A DNA stretch of 27,893 bases from Candidatus Fraserbacteria bacterium (lineage in GTDB: Bacteria > Bipolaricaulota > Bipolaricaulia > RBG-16-55-9): assembly GCA_037443265.1 (NCBI GenBank), contig JBBIOR010000008.1, forward strand, positions 1 to 27,893, given 5' to 3'. The notes under the pieces were generated by a model that saw nothing but the letters and a program-made list of their open reading frames with translations, ran no database searches and was not told the DNA's origin. Below, in pieces: positions 13,149 to 22,342 of this stretch (the first letter of the stretch is position 1; each line of letters opens with the position of its first letter). Position numbers and translations under genes: made by a program.

Positions 13149-15839
13149 TCAGATCTCCGAGACGGGCATAGGCTGCCCAATGTGATATCCCTGGGCGTAG
13201 TCCACACCCAGCGCGCGCACCCGCTGCAGGGTAGCCTCATCCTCCACTTCTTCGGCGATGGTGGCCTTCCCCAGCCCCTTTGCCAGCGCGGCGATCGCCT
13301 GGACGATCTGCTGGTTCTGCGGGTCTTCTGCCAGGTGGCGAATGAAGCTGCCGTCGATCTTCAGGTAGTCCACCGACAGGTGCCGCAGGTAGTACAGCGA
13401 GGAGAAGCCGATGCCGAAGTCGTCCAGCGCTAGCTGGCAGCCCCGGGCCCGCAGGGCCTCTATACAGCGGAGCGTCCGTGCCATATCCGCCACGGCGGCG
13501 CTTTCGGTGATCTCCAGCACCAGCTTGGCCGAAGCGACCTGCGCCTCCTCGAGCATCCGCACGATGGCCCGGATTGCCCTGTCGTCCGCGATGGTCTTGC
13601 CCGAGAGGTTGACGTGCACGCGCAGATTGCGACGGCTGATCAGCATGAGCGCCTGCTGGTAGATCCAGATATCGATCTGCTGGATGAGGCCCAGGCGCTC
13701 GGCGATGGCCAGGAAGGCAGCGGGCTCCACTACCTGCGCCCTCTGCGGCAGCCGAACGAGCAGTTCGTACTGGGTGACTTCGCCCCGGCGCAGGTCGAGG
13801 ATCGGCTGAGCGTAGGCGAGAAGCTGCTCCTGCGCCAGCGCGTCGGTGAGCCGCTTAGCCCAGCCGGCACGATCCCGGAACCGCTCGCGCCAGGCCGGGT
13901 CCGGCGAAAAGACCACCGCCCGGTCGCCGCCTTGCGCTTTGGCGGCATAGAGGCTGAGATCGGCCGCCGCCAACAGCTCGTCGACGCTAAGACCGTGCTG
14001 GGGGAAGATGGCCACCCCGCAGCTGGCGGTGAGCCGCACCGGTCGGCCCGCGATCAGAGTCACCTGTTCACGCACCGCAGCCAAGATGCGTTCGGCCACG
14101 GAAAGGGCAAAATCTTCCTCCACCGGCACCACCATGACCCCGAACTCGTCCCCGCCCAGGCGGGCCAGGAGCTCACCCTCCCGCAATCGATCGCGCACGG
14201 CCCGGGCGACGGCCCGTAGCAGATCGTCTCCGGCCCGATGCCCCAGACGGTCGTTGATCTCTTTGAAGTTGTCCAGATCGAAAAAGAGCAGGCTGCCGCT
14301 CTGGCCAGCTCGCTGCGCCTGCCCGATCTGGCGCGACAGCTCCTCCTGAAAGCGATGCCGGTTGTAGACCCCCGTGAGCACGTCGTGATTGGCCAGGTAG
14401 TGCACGTCTGCCTCAAAGCGCTTGCGCGCGGTGATGTCCTCCACACCCCCCTCATAATAGGCGGGACGGCCGGAAGCATCCTGCACCACGCGGGCTGAAT
14501 CCCGCACCCAGATGAGCGTGCCGTCGAATCTTCTCCACTGCACCTCGAAGCCCACGACAACCTCTTCCCGGTCCATGAGCTCTTGCCAACGGGCACGGTC
14601 CTCTGGGTTGGCGTAGAGAGCAGCCGCGTTGGTCGCAAGTAGCGTTGCCCGATCCGGGTAGCCCAGCATCCGGACCAGAGTCTTATTCACATCTAGGAGC
14701 CGGCCCTGGGGCGTGGAGCGGTACAACCCCACGGGGATCGCCTCAAAGAGCTGGCGGTTCCTCCAGTGCTCTAGGGCCCGCGCGATAGCATTGGCCGTGA
14801 TCCCGGCTAGAAGCTGGGCAAAGCGCATCTGATCCGAGCTGATCGGCTGTGGCGAGAAGAAATCCGCAACCAAAACGCCGATGGGCTGCTCCCCGGCTAT
14901 CATGGGCAGGTTCAGGCAGGCCTGAACCCCGGCCTGCCGCACCGGCTCGGGCACAGCAAAGGGCGCCTCCGGCTGCGTGTGGTCCTCGTAGAGGGGCTGG
15001 CGCTTGTGTAGCACCCACGCCGGGCCGTTGCTCTCCGACGGCTGCAGGGGCAGCTGGAGGCGGCCGACGTGGGCCTCGCTCCACCCCCATCCCGCCACCA
15101 GCTCCAGGAAGGTGCCCGAAGGATCTATGACCAGCAGGCTGAGGGCATCAGCCCGCAACGACTCCCGCAGCACGGCAAAGCTCGCCTTCCCGATCTCCTC
15201 CAGCGAGACTAGCCCCAGCAGGGTCTGGGCCAGACGAGCGGCCGTCTCCTCTTCTTCGCGGCGGGCCGCCTCCAGCCGGACGTGAAGCTGCGCCCGCTCG
15301 ATGGCCACCCCCAGCGTCTCGGCCACTAGCTCCAGCAGCGCCAATGTCTCCTCAGAAAGCGGCTCTGGGACCGGCTTAGCCAGATTTAATAGACCCAGCA
15401 CCCGCTCCCCCGCTCGCAGCGGGACGCTCACGTGCAGGTGTAAATTCCCAGTCTGCTCAGCCACCGTCGCGGGATCGGCCCCCGCCAGCGCCTGATGGAT
15501 GCGCTTCAGCCACTCGCACTTGACGATATTCACAGGCTCCTTGAGCTCTCCCTCGAGCAGCATCCGCTGGCAGGAGCACGGCGTCCAGCGCAGGGCGGCC
15601 CACTCATCGGCGGCAAGGGCAGCAGGAAATCCATGTGCGGCCGCACAAGTGAAGCGGCCCTCTTCGTCGACAAGGAAGATCCAGCCGGTCTTCAAGCCCA
15701 GTAGCTTCATGACGAGCGCGAGGGCTGAGTCGAGCATGGGTTGAAGCTCGATCTGGCGGTTGAGGTGCTCAGCCATGGTGCGTAGTACCTCTAGCTGGTC
15801 TAACTGGAGGCGGGAACTGCGCGGGGCAGCGGGCATCAT
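13149..15839 (-). CDS. GAF-GAF-PAS-GGDEF-EAL diguanylate cyclase/phosphodiesterase
   Basis: Two GAF-like regions, PAS (GLYRST..GR), HD.LTG.YNR, DLDNFK.IND.LGH..GD, intact GGDEF, ELL variant of EAL, LEITE, DDFGIGFSS, KIDGSF, QGY. Confidence 0.93.
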   Translation of the reverse strand: MMPAAPRSSRLQLDQLEVLRTMAEHLNRQIELQPMLDSALALVMKLLGLKTGWIFLVDEEGRFTCAAAHGFPAALAADEWAALRWTPCSCQRMLLEGELKEPVNIVKCEWLKRIHQALAGADPATVAEQTGNLHLHVSVPLRAGERVLGLLNLAKPVPEPLSEETLALLELVAETLGVAIERAQLHVRLEAARREEEETAARLAQTLLGLVSLEEIGKASFAVLRESLRADALSLLVIDPSGTFLELVAGWGWSEAHVGRLQLPLQPSESNGPAWVLHKRQPLYEDHTQPEAPFAVPEPVRQAGVQACLNLPMIAGEQPIGVLVADFFSPQPISSDQMRFAQLLAGITANAIARALEHWRNRQLFEAIPVGLYRSTPQGRLLDVNKTLVRMLGYPDRATLLATNAAALYANPEDRARWQELMDREEVVVGFEVQWRRFDGTLIWVRDSARVVQDASGRPAYYEGGVEDITARKRFEADVHYLANHDVLTGVYNRHRFQEELSRQIGQAQRAGQSGSLLFFDLDNFKEINDRLGHRAGDDLLRAVARAVRDRLREGELLARLGGDEFGVMVVPVEEDFALSVAERILAAVREQVTLIAGRPVRLTASCGVAIFPQHGLSVDELLAAADLSLYAAKAQGGDRAVVFSPDPAWRERFRDRAGWAKRLTDALAQEQLLAYAQPILDLRRGEVTQYELLVRLPQRAQVVEPAAFLAIAERLGLIQQIDIWIYQQALMLISRRNLRVHVNLSGKTIADDRAIRAIVRMLEEAQVASAKLVLEITESAAVADMARTLRCIEALRARGCQLALDDFGIGFSSLYYLRHLSVDYLKIDGSFIRHLAEDPQNQQIVQAIAALAKGLGKATIAEEVEDEATLQRVRALGVDYAQGYHIGQPMPVSEI

Positions 15840-15912
15840 AGCCTACCCCCCCGATGGTCGGCGCAGCCGTGAGTGAGTGACGTACGCAAAGACATTCGCC
15901 TGGACTCGTTGG

Positions 15913-15992
15913 GTTATAGCCTGAATGGCTGGAGGGTGTCAAGCGGGTTTCGGGTGGCATACTTGACTCTTCGAGGAAAGTTATGGTAGAAT
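15913..15992. promoter_or_regulatory. divergent promoters (DGC/PDE vs ROK-mal operon) with candidate ROK operator
   Basis: Minus: TTGACA (15942-15937), 18 nt, TATAAC (15918-15913). Plus: TTGACT (15963-15968), 18 nt, TG-extended TAGAAT (15987-15992). Imperfect palindrome ACTTGACTCTTCGAGGAAAGT (15961-15981) over the plus-strand -35. Confidence 0.5.
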
Positions 15993-16017
15993 GGCCTTGA
16001 TCCCAAGGAAGGTGGCC

Positions 16018-17214
16018 ATGAGCCCAAGGAGGTACATCCCCAAAGGCGACAACCAGCTGCTCCGGGATCACAATCGCACGATAGTCTTGCGCCTCATTCA
16101 CCAGCGCGGTCCGATCTCGCGCGTCCAACTTTCCGAAAAGACCGGCTTGGAAAGCTCCACTATCACCTCCATCATGCAGGATCTCCTCAGGATCGGCCTC
16201 GTAAAGGAGATCGGCGTGGGAAAGTCCCGCGGAGGCCGCCGTCCGATCTTGCTTGATCTCAATGCCTCCTATGGCCTTGCCCTCGGGGTCAAGGTAGAGG
16301 CCAGCCGGCTGCTCCTGGGGGCTATGGATCTTAAGGGCAAGATTCTGACCTGCGCCGAGGTCCCCTTCAAAAGGGGCAGCGACAGCCCCACAGTCCTCTC
16401 CCTGCTTCAGGAAAACTTAAGACGCTGGACCTCCCAGGGTACCCGCGTGTTAGGCATCGGCGTGGGGATCTCCGGCTTTGTAGACCAGGAGACGGGCACC
16501 CTCCTCTACTCGCCGATCTTGGGCTGGGAGAACGTCGAGCTGGCAGGGCCACTCGGCGAAGAGCTGGGCCTGCCCGTCTTTGTGGACAACGACGTGAACA
16601 CCTTCACGCTGGCCGAGCTATGGCACGGCGCTGGCCGCCGGTTCCGCAACTTCCTCTGCGTGACTGTGGGGGAGGGGATCGGGGCTGGCATTGTCATCGA
16701 AGGGCGCCTCTATGAAGGGGCCATCGGCGGAGCCGGGGAGATTGGCCACACCTGCCTGGATCCCGACGGTCCGCTCTGCCGCTGCGGTGAGCGCGGCTGC
16801 CTAGAAGTCTTCGCCTCGGATGCGTTTCTCCTGCGGCGGGCTCACGAGGCCGGCTCCCCACACCCAGAGCCGGAGGAGCTCCTGCAGGCCGCGTGCCGGG
16901 GAGATCCCCTAGCTAAGAGCATCTTCATAGAGATGGGCCGCCATCTGGGCTTGGGCCTGAAGAACGCTGTCAATCTCCTCAATCCGGAGGCCGTCATCCT
17001 GGGAGGAGAGCGCCTGGAGGCCTATCCCTTCTTCGGCCCGGCCCTCGAAGACCAGCTGCGTCACCATGCCTTCCCCGAGGAGGCCAAGGAGCTCCTTATC
17101 CTGCCGGCCGAAGTGGGCCAAGCGGGCTGGATCGTAGGAGCCGCGACCCTGGCGCTCAGCCCGATCTTTGAGCTCCCTATGTACAGAAGGCCTATTAGAC
17201 ACGACGGGGGGTGA
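16018..17214 (+). CDS. ROK family transcriptional repressor (NagC/XylR-like)
   Basis: N-terminal HTH (ISRVQLS..TGL..STIT), GGRRP, VDNDVN, GEIGH...CRCGERGCLE Zn motif. Start moved to ATG 16018 (AAGGAAGGTG SD) because ATG 15991 overlaps the -10 box. Confidence 0.9.
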   Translation: MSPRRYIPKGDNQLLRDHNRTIVLRLIHQRGPISRVQLSEKTGLESSTITSIMQDLLRIGLVKEIGVGKSRGGRRPILLDLNASYGLALGVKVEASRLLLGAMDLKGKILTCAEVPFKRGSDSPTVLSLLQENLRRWTSQGTRVLGIGVGISGFVDQETGTLLYSPILGWENVELAGPLGEELGLPVFVDNDVNTFTLAELWHGAGRRFRNFLCVTVGEGIGAGIVIEGRLYEGAIGGAGEIGHTCLDPDGPLCRCGERGCLEVFASDAFLLRRAHEAGSPHPEPEELLQAACRGDPLAKSIFIEMGRHLGLGLKNAVNLLNPEAVILGGERLEAYPFFGPALEDQLRHHAFPEEAKELLILPAEVGQAGWIVGAATLALSPIFELPMYRRPIRHDGG

Positions 17215-17270
17215 GAGCCGGGTAAAAAAATCACCTAAAGCAAACCTCAAAACTATGGAGGGGTGAAAAC

Positions 17271-18473
17271 ATGTGGAAGCGTGCGTTAATGGCAGTGCTG
17301 GGATTGGCGTTTCTCGGGTTGGCGGGCGCGCAGGCGCAGCAGGCCCCCACCCTGACCATCTGGGCGGACGAGGTACGAGCACCGGTGCTCCAGCAAGTCG
17401 CCACGACCTTCACCAACGAGACTGGCGTTAATGTTCAGATCGAGCTGGTGCCCTTCGGGGACATTCGCCCTAAGTTCATTACATCGGGTCCCACCGGCAC
17501 GCCCGACCTCATCATCGGACCCCACGACTGGGTGGGCGAGTTGGTGGCCAACGGCCTGCTGGAGCCTTTGGCCCTCGGCCGGCTCCGCGAGGACTTCGTC
17601 GAGAGTGCTCTGGAAGGCTTCACTGTCGGCGGCAGACTCTATGGTTTGCCCTATGCCACCGAGGCCATCGCCCTCATCTACAACAAAGATCTCGTCCCCA
17701 CTCCCCCGGCAACGTTCGATGAGCTCGTCTCTATCGCAAAGAGACTCACCGACCCGGAGAAGGGCCAATACGGCTTCCTTCATAACGTCTGGGGACCAGA
17801 TCCCTATCATTCCTTCCCCTATGTGACTGCCTACGGCGGCTACATCTTCGGCAAGGATGCCCAAGGGCGGCTCAATCCCTGCGACGTGGGCCTGGAGCGG
17901 GGGGCCCCAGCCTATCAGCTGCTGCTTTCCCTGACGGACCAAGGGCTGGTGCCCCGCGCCACCGGCTATGGCGAGATGGCCAGCACCTTCGAGGCAGGCA
18001 AGGCGGGCATGATCGTCACCGGCCCCTGGCAGATCAAGAGCATCCGCGATAAGGGCATCAATGTAGGTGTGGCTAAGCTACCGCTGATCGAGGGCCGGGT
18101 ACCCCGACCGTTCGTGGGGGCCCAAGGCTTCATGGTGAACTCCTCCGGCGCCAACAAGCCTGCGGCGCTCACCTTCTTGTTCAACTTCATCGCCACCACT
18201 GGGATCATGGTGGATCTGTTCCGGCGTGATCCACGGCCTCCGGCCTTCAAGCCCGCCCTGGATGACTCCGCGGTCCGGGCCGATCCGACGTTGGCGGTCT
18301 TCGTGGCGAGCGTCGCCGACGGTATCCCCATGCCCAACATCCCGCAGATGTCGGCGGTCTGGGGCGCGTGGTCTGACGCGATCACGCAGATCGCGGACAA
18401 GCAGGCCACCCCTCAGCAGGCGCTGGCAGATGCCGTCACCCGCATCAAAGCGTCGCTCCAGTGCCCGCCATAA
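17271..18473 (+). CDS. malE: maltose/maltodextrin ABC transporter substrate-binding protein
   Basis: Signal peptide, PDL...PHDW.G.L, LYGLPYA.E..ALIYNKDL, TGPW, PFVG.QG, MPNIPQMSAVW; GGAGGGGTG SD. Confidence 0.9.
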   Translation: MWKRALMAVLGLAFLGLAGAQAQQAPTLTIWADEVRAPVLQQVATTFTNETGVNVQIELVPFGDIRPKFITSGPTGTPDLIIGPHDWVGELVANGLLEPLALGRLREDFVESALEGFTVGGRLYGLPYATEAIALIYNKDLVPTPPATFDELVSIAKRLTDPEKGQYGFLHNVWGPDPYHSFPYVTAYGGYIFGKDAQGRLNPCDVGLERGAPAYQLLLSLTDQGLVPRATGYGEMASTFEAGKAGMIVTGPWQIKSIRDKGINVGVAKLPLIEGRVPRPFVGAQGFMVNSSGANKPAALTFLFNFIATTGIMVDLFRRDPRPPAFKPALDDSAVRADPTLAVFVASVADGIPMPNIPQMSAVWGAWSDAITQIADKQATPQQALADAVTRIKASLQCPP

Positions 18474-18480
18474 ATCAACA

Positions 18481-18513
18481 GGGGAGGGGATCGGACTCAC
18501 CGATTCCCTCCCC
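18481..18513 (+). promoter_or_regulatory. intercistronic hairpin after malE
   Basis: GGGGAGGGGATCGG-ACTCA-CCGATTCCCTCCCC, 14-bp stem with one G.U pair. Confidence 0.75.
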
Positions 18514-18522
18514 ACATCTTTA

Positions 18523-20031
18523 ATGATAGCGCTCCTCTTTAAGATCATCTTCTTAAGCGTGGCCGACTCCTTAGGGGTTTGGGCCGCAGGGACACTCGCC
18601 TGGCAGAGAAATTGGGGGCTCCTTTCCGCCCTGTTGGTGGGGCTGACCCTGCTGAATCTGGCCCTGCTCTCCCGACGCGCCTACCCTCTGCGCTACCTCC
18701 TCCCCGGCCTGGTGCTCTTCGCCGCCATGACCTTCTACCCCATCGTGTACACCATCAATATCGCCTTCACCAACTATGGCACCGGACACCTCATGTCCAA
18801 GGAGGAGGCCATCTCGTGGTATGAGCGCCGCTACTATCAGCCCGAGGAGGGGGAGACCTTCTCCTTTCAAGCTTTCAAGGACGAGCAGGGGCAACTCAAG
18901 CTCCTGCTCACCTCACAGAAGACAGGCCGGGCCTATCTTGCGGAGGGCGCTCGCCTCCTTCCCATCAGCCTGCCAGATCCGCGCCCCTCCAACTGGCGCT
19001 CCTTAAGCCGCTCCGAGCTCGTCCAAGCCTTAGCGGCCCTGCAGCAGCTCGAGCTCCTATATGGCGAAGAGGACGTGGTCCGCATGGCCACCCTCACCGA
19101 ATTTGCCGTCTTCCGCCCTCAATACCACTACGATCGCGCCCATGACCTACTGACCGATCTGGAGACGGGTAAGATCTACCGGCCGATCCGAGGAACCTTC
19201 GTCTCCGAGGAGGGCGAGGAGTTGCTGCCGGGCTTCTATGAGTACATCGGCCTGGAGAACTTCTATCGCATCTTCTCGAACCCCCAGATCACCGGACCCT
19301 TCTTGCGCGTCTTCCAGTGGACCTTCCTTTGGGCGACGCTCAGCGTGCTTTTGACGTTCGCCCTCGGGCTGACACTAGCCATCTTCCTGAACGATCCCTA
19401 TCTTAAGGCGCGCCGGCTCTATCGCTCACTGCTGATCATCCCCTATGCGATCCCAGGCTTCATCTCTATCCTCGTTTGGGCCGGCTTATTAAACGCCGAC
19501 TTCGGCATTGTAAATAGAATCCTGGAGGATCTCTTGGGACTACGGCTGCCTTGGCTGAACGACCCCTTCTGGGGCAAGGTCGCGCTGCTTCTGGTCAACC
19601 TCTGGCTGGGGTACCCCTATATGATGATCGTGAGCTTAGGAGCCCTGCAGAGCATCCAGCCGGAGCTGTATGAGGCGGCCTACGTGGACGGTGCCAGCCG
19701 CTGGCAGCAGTTCCGGCACGTCACCTTCCCCATCCTGATGATCTCCGTGGCCCCGCTGCTGATCGGCTCGTTTGCCTTCAACTTCAACAACTTCAACGTG
19801 ATCTATCTGCTCACCGGTGGGGGTCCGCCCATCGCCGGCGCGCAGACCCCCGCTGGAGCCACGGACATCTTGATCTCCTACACGTACAAGCTGGCGTTCG
19901 CCGGCCGGCAGGGGGCCGAATACGGCTTCGCCGCGGCCATTACGATCCTTATATTCCTCATCGTGGGCACCATCAGCGCCATAAACTTCCGCCTCTCGCG
20001 CCGTCTGGAGAAGATGGGTGAAGCCCTATGA
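18523..20031 (+). CDS. malF: maltose/maltodextrin ABC transporter permease MalF
   Basis: N-terminal TMs, IAFTNYG.GHL plus large periplasmic loop, NLWLGYPYMM, LQSI..ELYEAAYVDGA (EAA motif), FAFNFNNF, GATDILISYTY. Start set to ATG 18523 (ORF-track start 18226 lies inside malE). Confidence 0.92.
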   Translation: MIALLFKIIFLSVADSLGVWAAGTLAWQRNWGLLSALLVGLTLLNLALLSRRAYPLRYLLPGLVLFAAMTFYPIVYTINIAFTNYGTGHLMSKEEAISWYERRYYQPEEGETFSFQAFKDEQGQLKLLLTSQKTGRAYLAEGARLLPISLPDPRPSNWRSLSRSELVQALAALQQLELLYGEEDVVRMATLTEFAVFRPQYHYDRAHDLLTDLETGKIYRPIRGTFVSEEGEELLPGFYEYIGLENFYRIFSNPQITGPFLRVFQWTFLWATLSVLLTFALGLTLAIFLNDPYLKARRLYRSLLIIPYAIPGFISILVWAGLLNADFGIVNRILEDLLGLRLPWLNDPFWGKVALLLVNLWLGYPYMMIVSLGALQSIQPELYEAAYVDGASRWQQFRHVTFPILMISVAPLLIGSFAFNFNNFNVIYLLTGGGPPIAGAQTPAGATDILISYTYKLAFAGRQGAEYGFAAAITILIFLIVGTISAINFRLSRRLEKMGEAL

Positions 20032-20888
20032 TGTACACCCGCCATGGGCCACTCGGCGGACCGCTGCGCCACCTCATGATCTGGCTGACCATCGCCTTCG
20101 CCCTCTTCCCCTTCCTCTGGGTGCTCTCCGCCTCGTTCAACCCCACCAACGCGCTGGTGGCCCAGGGATTGATCCCGGAAAAGGCCAGCCTGGTGCACTA
20201 TCAAGAGCTCTTCATCAACCCATATCTGCCCTTCCCGCGCTGGCTTTGGAACAGCGTCAAAATCTCAGGACTCTCAGCCTTCTTCGTCGTCTTTTTGACC
20301 GCTTTCGCAGCCTATGCCTTCTCGCGCTTCCGCTTCTGGGGCCGCCGTAGCGGCCTGCTGGCCTTGATGCTCATCCAGATGTTCCCCACCTCGCTGGCCA
20401 TTGTGGCCTTCTTCCTGCTGCTGATGAGATTGGGAGACTATCTGCCGTGGCTGGGGCTTAACACCCATGCCGGCCTGATTCTGGTCTACATGGGGGGAGT
20501 CTTGGGCTTCAACACCTGGCTGATGAAGGGCTACTTCGACACGATCCCTCATGAGCTGGAGGAGTCGGCCATGATCGACGGGGCCACCCCCTTTCAAGCC
20601 TTCATTAGAATCATCTTGCCGCTGGCCCGGCCGATTCTGGCCGTCATCTTCATCCTGACCTTCATTGGGATCTACTCGGAGTTCCTGTTGGCGAGCATCC
20701 TACTTACGGGGGCCGAGCAGTACACGCTCCCGGTGGGCCTTAAGCTCTTCATCACCGGCGAGTATGCGAGACGCTGGGGGGACTTTGCGGCGGCCTCTGT
20801 GCTGGGGGCCCTGCCTATTATGGTCCTCTTCCTCCTGCTCCAGGGCCAGATTATCTCCGGGCTGACCCGCGGAGCGCTCAAGGGGTGA
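20028..20888 (+). CDS. malG: maltose/maltodextrin ABC transporter permease MalG
   Basis: AAYAFSRFRF.GR, QMFP, KGYFDTIP.ELEESAMIDGA, WGDFAA, SGLT.GA.KG; ATGA overlap with malF. Confidence 0.93.
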   Translation: MMYTRHGPLGGPLRHLMIWLTIAFALFPFLWVLSASFNPTNALVAQGLIPEKASLVHYQELFINPYLPFPRWLWNSVKISGLSAFFVVFLTAFAAYAFSRFRFWGRRSGLLALMLIQMFPTSLAIVAFFLLLMRLGDYLPWLGLNTHAGLILVYMGGVLGFNTWLMKGYFDTIPHELEESAMIDGATPFQAFIRIILPLARPILAVIFILTFIGIYSEFLLASILLTGAEQYTLPVGLKLFITGEYARRWGDFAAASVLGALPIMVLFLLLQGQIISGLTRGALKG

Positions 20889-20896
20889 GCTGACTG

Positions 20897-22342
20897 ATGC
20901 TCCAACCAAGTGGCGGCCCTCCTCCATGGGTCCAGGACGCCGTGTTTTATCAAATCTTTCCCGATCGCTTCTACAACGGCGATCCCCGCACGGATCCAGC
21001 CGATGTGCGGCCCTGGGAGGAGCGGCCCACCCGCACGAGCTTTTCGGGTGGAGATCTCTCCGGAATCCTCAAAAGACTGGATTATCTCAAAGATCTTGGC
21101 GTGACGGCCCTCTATCTCACCCCCATCTTCAAGGCCCCCTCCAATCACAAATACGACGTCGAAGATTACTATCAAATTGACCCTCACTTTGGAGATCTTG
21201 CGCTACTCAAGGAGCTGGTGCAGGAGCTACATCGCCATAAGATGCGCTTGATTCTTGACGGCGTCTTCAATCACTGCGGCCTTTCTTTCTTCGCCTTCCA
21301 AGAGGTGCTGGAGAAGGGGCCACGCTCCCCATACTGGGAGTGGTTCGTCATCGAGGGCTTTCCCATCGTGACGGAGCCCGAGCCCAATTATCACTGCTGG
21401 GCGGGTGTGGCTCAGATGCCCGAGTTCAATCTGCAAAACCCCGCGGTGCGCCAGTATCTGCTCGAAGTCGTGCGCTACTGGCTGCGCGAGGCCGACATGG
21501 ACGGCTGGAGATTGGACACGGTCGAATACCTCGATCCCAGCTTCGTGAGGGAGATCCGCCGGGCAGCCAAAGCCGTCAAGCCGGATGCCTACGTCTTGGG
21601 CGAGGTCATGGGGACGGCTGCGGCCTGGTTCAAGGGCGGCTGCCTGGACGCCGCCATGAACTACCGGCTCTGGGAGCTACTCGTCGCCTTCTTTGCTGAA
21701 GGCCGCCTGACGGCTGAAGAGTTTGACCATGGGCTGCGCTTCCTACGCCGCTCTTATCCTGATTGGGCCAACTACGCCATGTATAATCTCTTGGGAAGCC
21801 ACGACAAACCGCGCTTCCGGACGCTCTGCCATGGGGACCTTCGCAGAGTCCGGCTGGCCTCCGCCTTTTTGTTTACGTACCTGGGTGTGCCAGCCGTCTA
21901 TTACGGGGACGAAGTGGGGCTGGAAGGTGGAGAAGATCCCGACTGTCGGCGAACGTTCCCCTGGACAACTCTAGAGTCTGATCCCATGGCGGGTGAGCTC
22001 CTGGCTTTTTATAAGCGCCTGATTCGGCTGCGCCGCCATTGGGACGCCCTACGTCGAGGCGTCTTTCGGACGCTGCACACCCAAGGGCCGCTCTTCGCTT
22101 ATGGCCGCGTCTTGCGCGATCAGGTGATTTGGGTGGTCCTCAACAACGGCCCGCAGTCCGCGCGCTTGGCACGCCCCACCCTGACTTTGGAGGGGCAAAG
22201 TCCCACTTGGGATCTGTGGGCCGAAGAGCCCTTGCCCCAGGGGAGCCATCTTGAGCTTGAGCCCTTTGGCTTCCGCTTGCTGGCGGCAGCCTTTGCATCG
22301 AAGAGAGGAGGCAACTATGAGAAAATGGCGCAAGCCATCTAA
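20897..22342 (+). CDS. GH13 cyclomaltodextrinase/neopullulanase-like cytoplasmic alpha-amylase family enzyme
   Basis: YQIFPDRF.NGD, GGDL.G, SNHKYD, DGVFNH, DGWRLD (nucleophile), GE (acid/base), LGSHD, YYGDE.G..G..DPDCR. No signal peptide and no N-terminal extra domain. Confidence 0.92.
   Translation: MLQPSGGPPPWVQDAVFYQIFPDRFYNGDPRTDPADVRPWEERPTRTSFSGGDLSGILKRLDYLKDLGVTALYLTPIFKAPSNHKYDVEDYYQIDPHFGDLALLKELVQELHRHKMRLILDGVFNHCGLSFFAFQEVLEKGPRSPYWEWFVIEGFPIVTEPEPNYHCWAGVAQMPEFNLQNPAVRQYLLEVVRYWLREADMDGWRLDTVEYLDPSFVREIRRAAKAVKPDAYVLGEVMGTAAAWFKGGCLDAAMNYRLWELLVAFFAEGRLTAEEFDHGLRFLRRSYPDWANYAMYNLLGSHDKPRFRTLCHGDLRRVRLASAFLFTYLGVPAVYYGDEVGLEGGEDPDCRRTFPWTTLESDPMAGELLAFYKRLIRLRRHWDALRRGVFRTLHTQGPLFAYGRVLRDQVIWVVLNNGPQSARLARPTLTLEGQSPTWDLWAEEPLPQGSHLELEPFGFRLLAAAFASKRGGNYEKMAQAI

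Noticed and set aside
18226..18522. Long N-terminal extension of MalF in the ORF track
   Set aside because: Lies inside malE in another frame and across the intercistronic hairpin.
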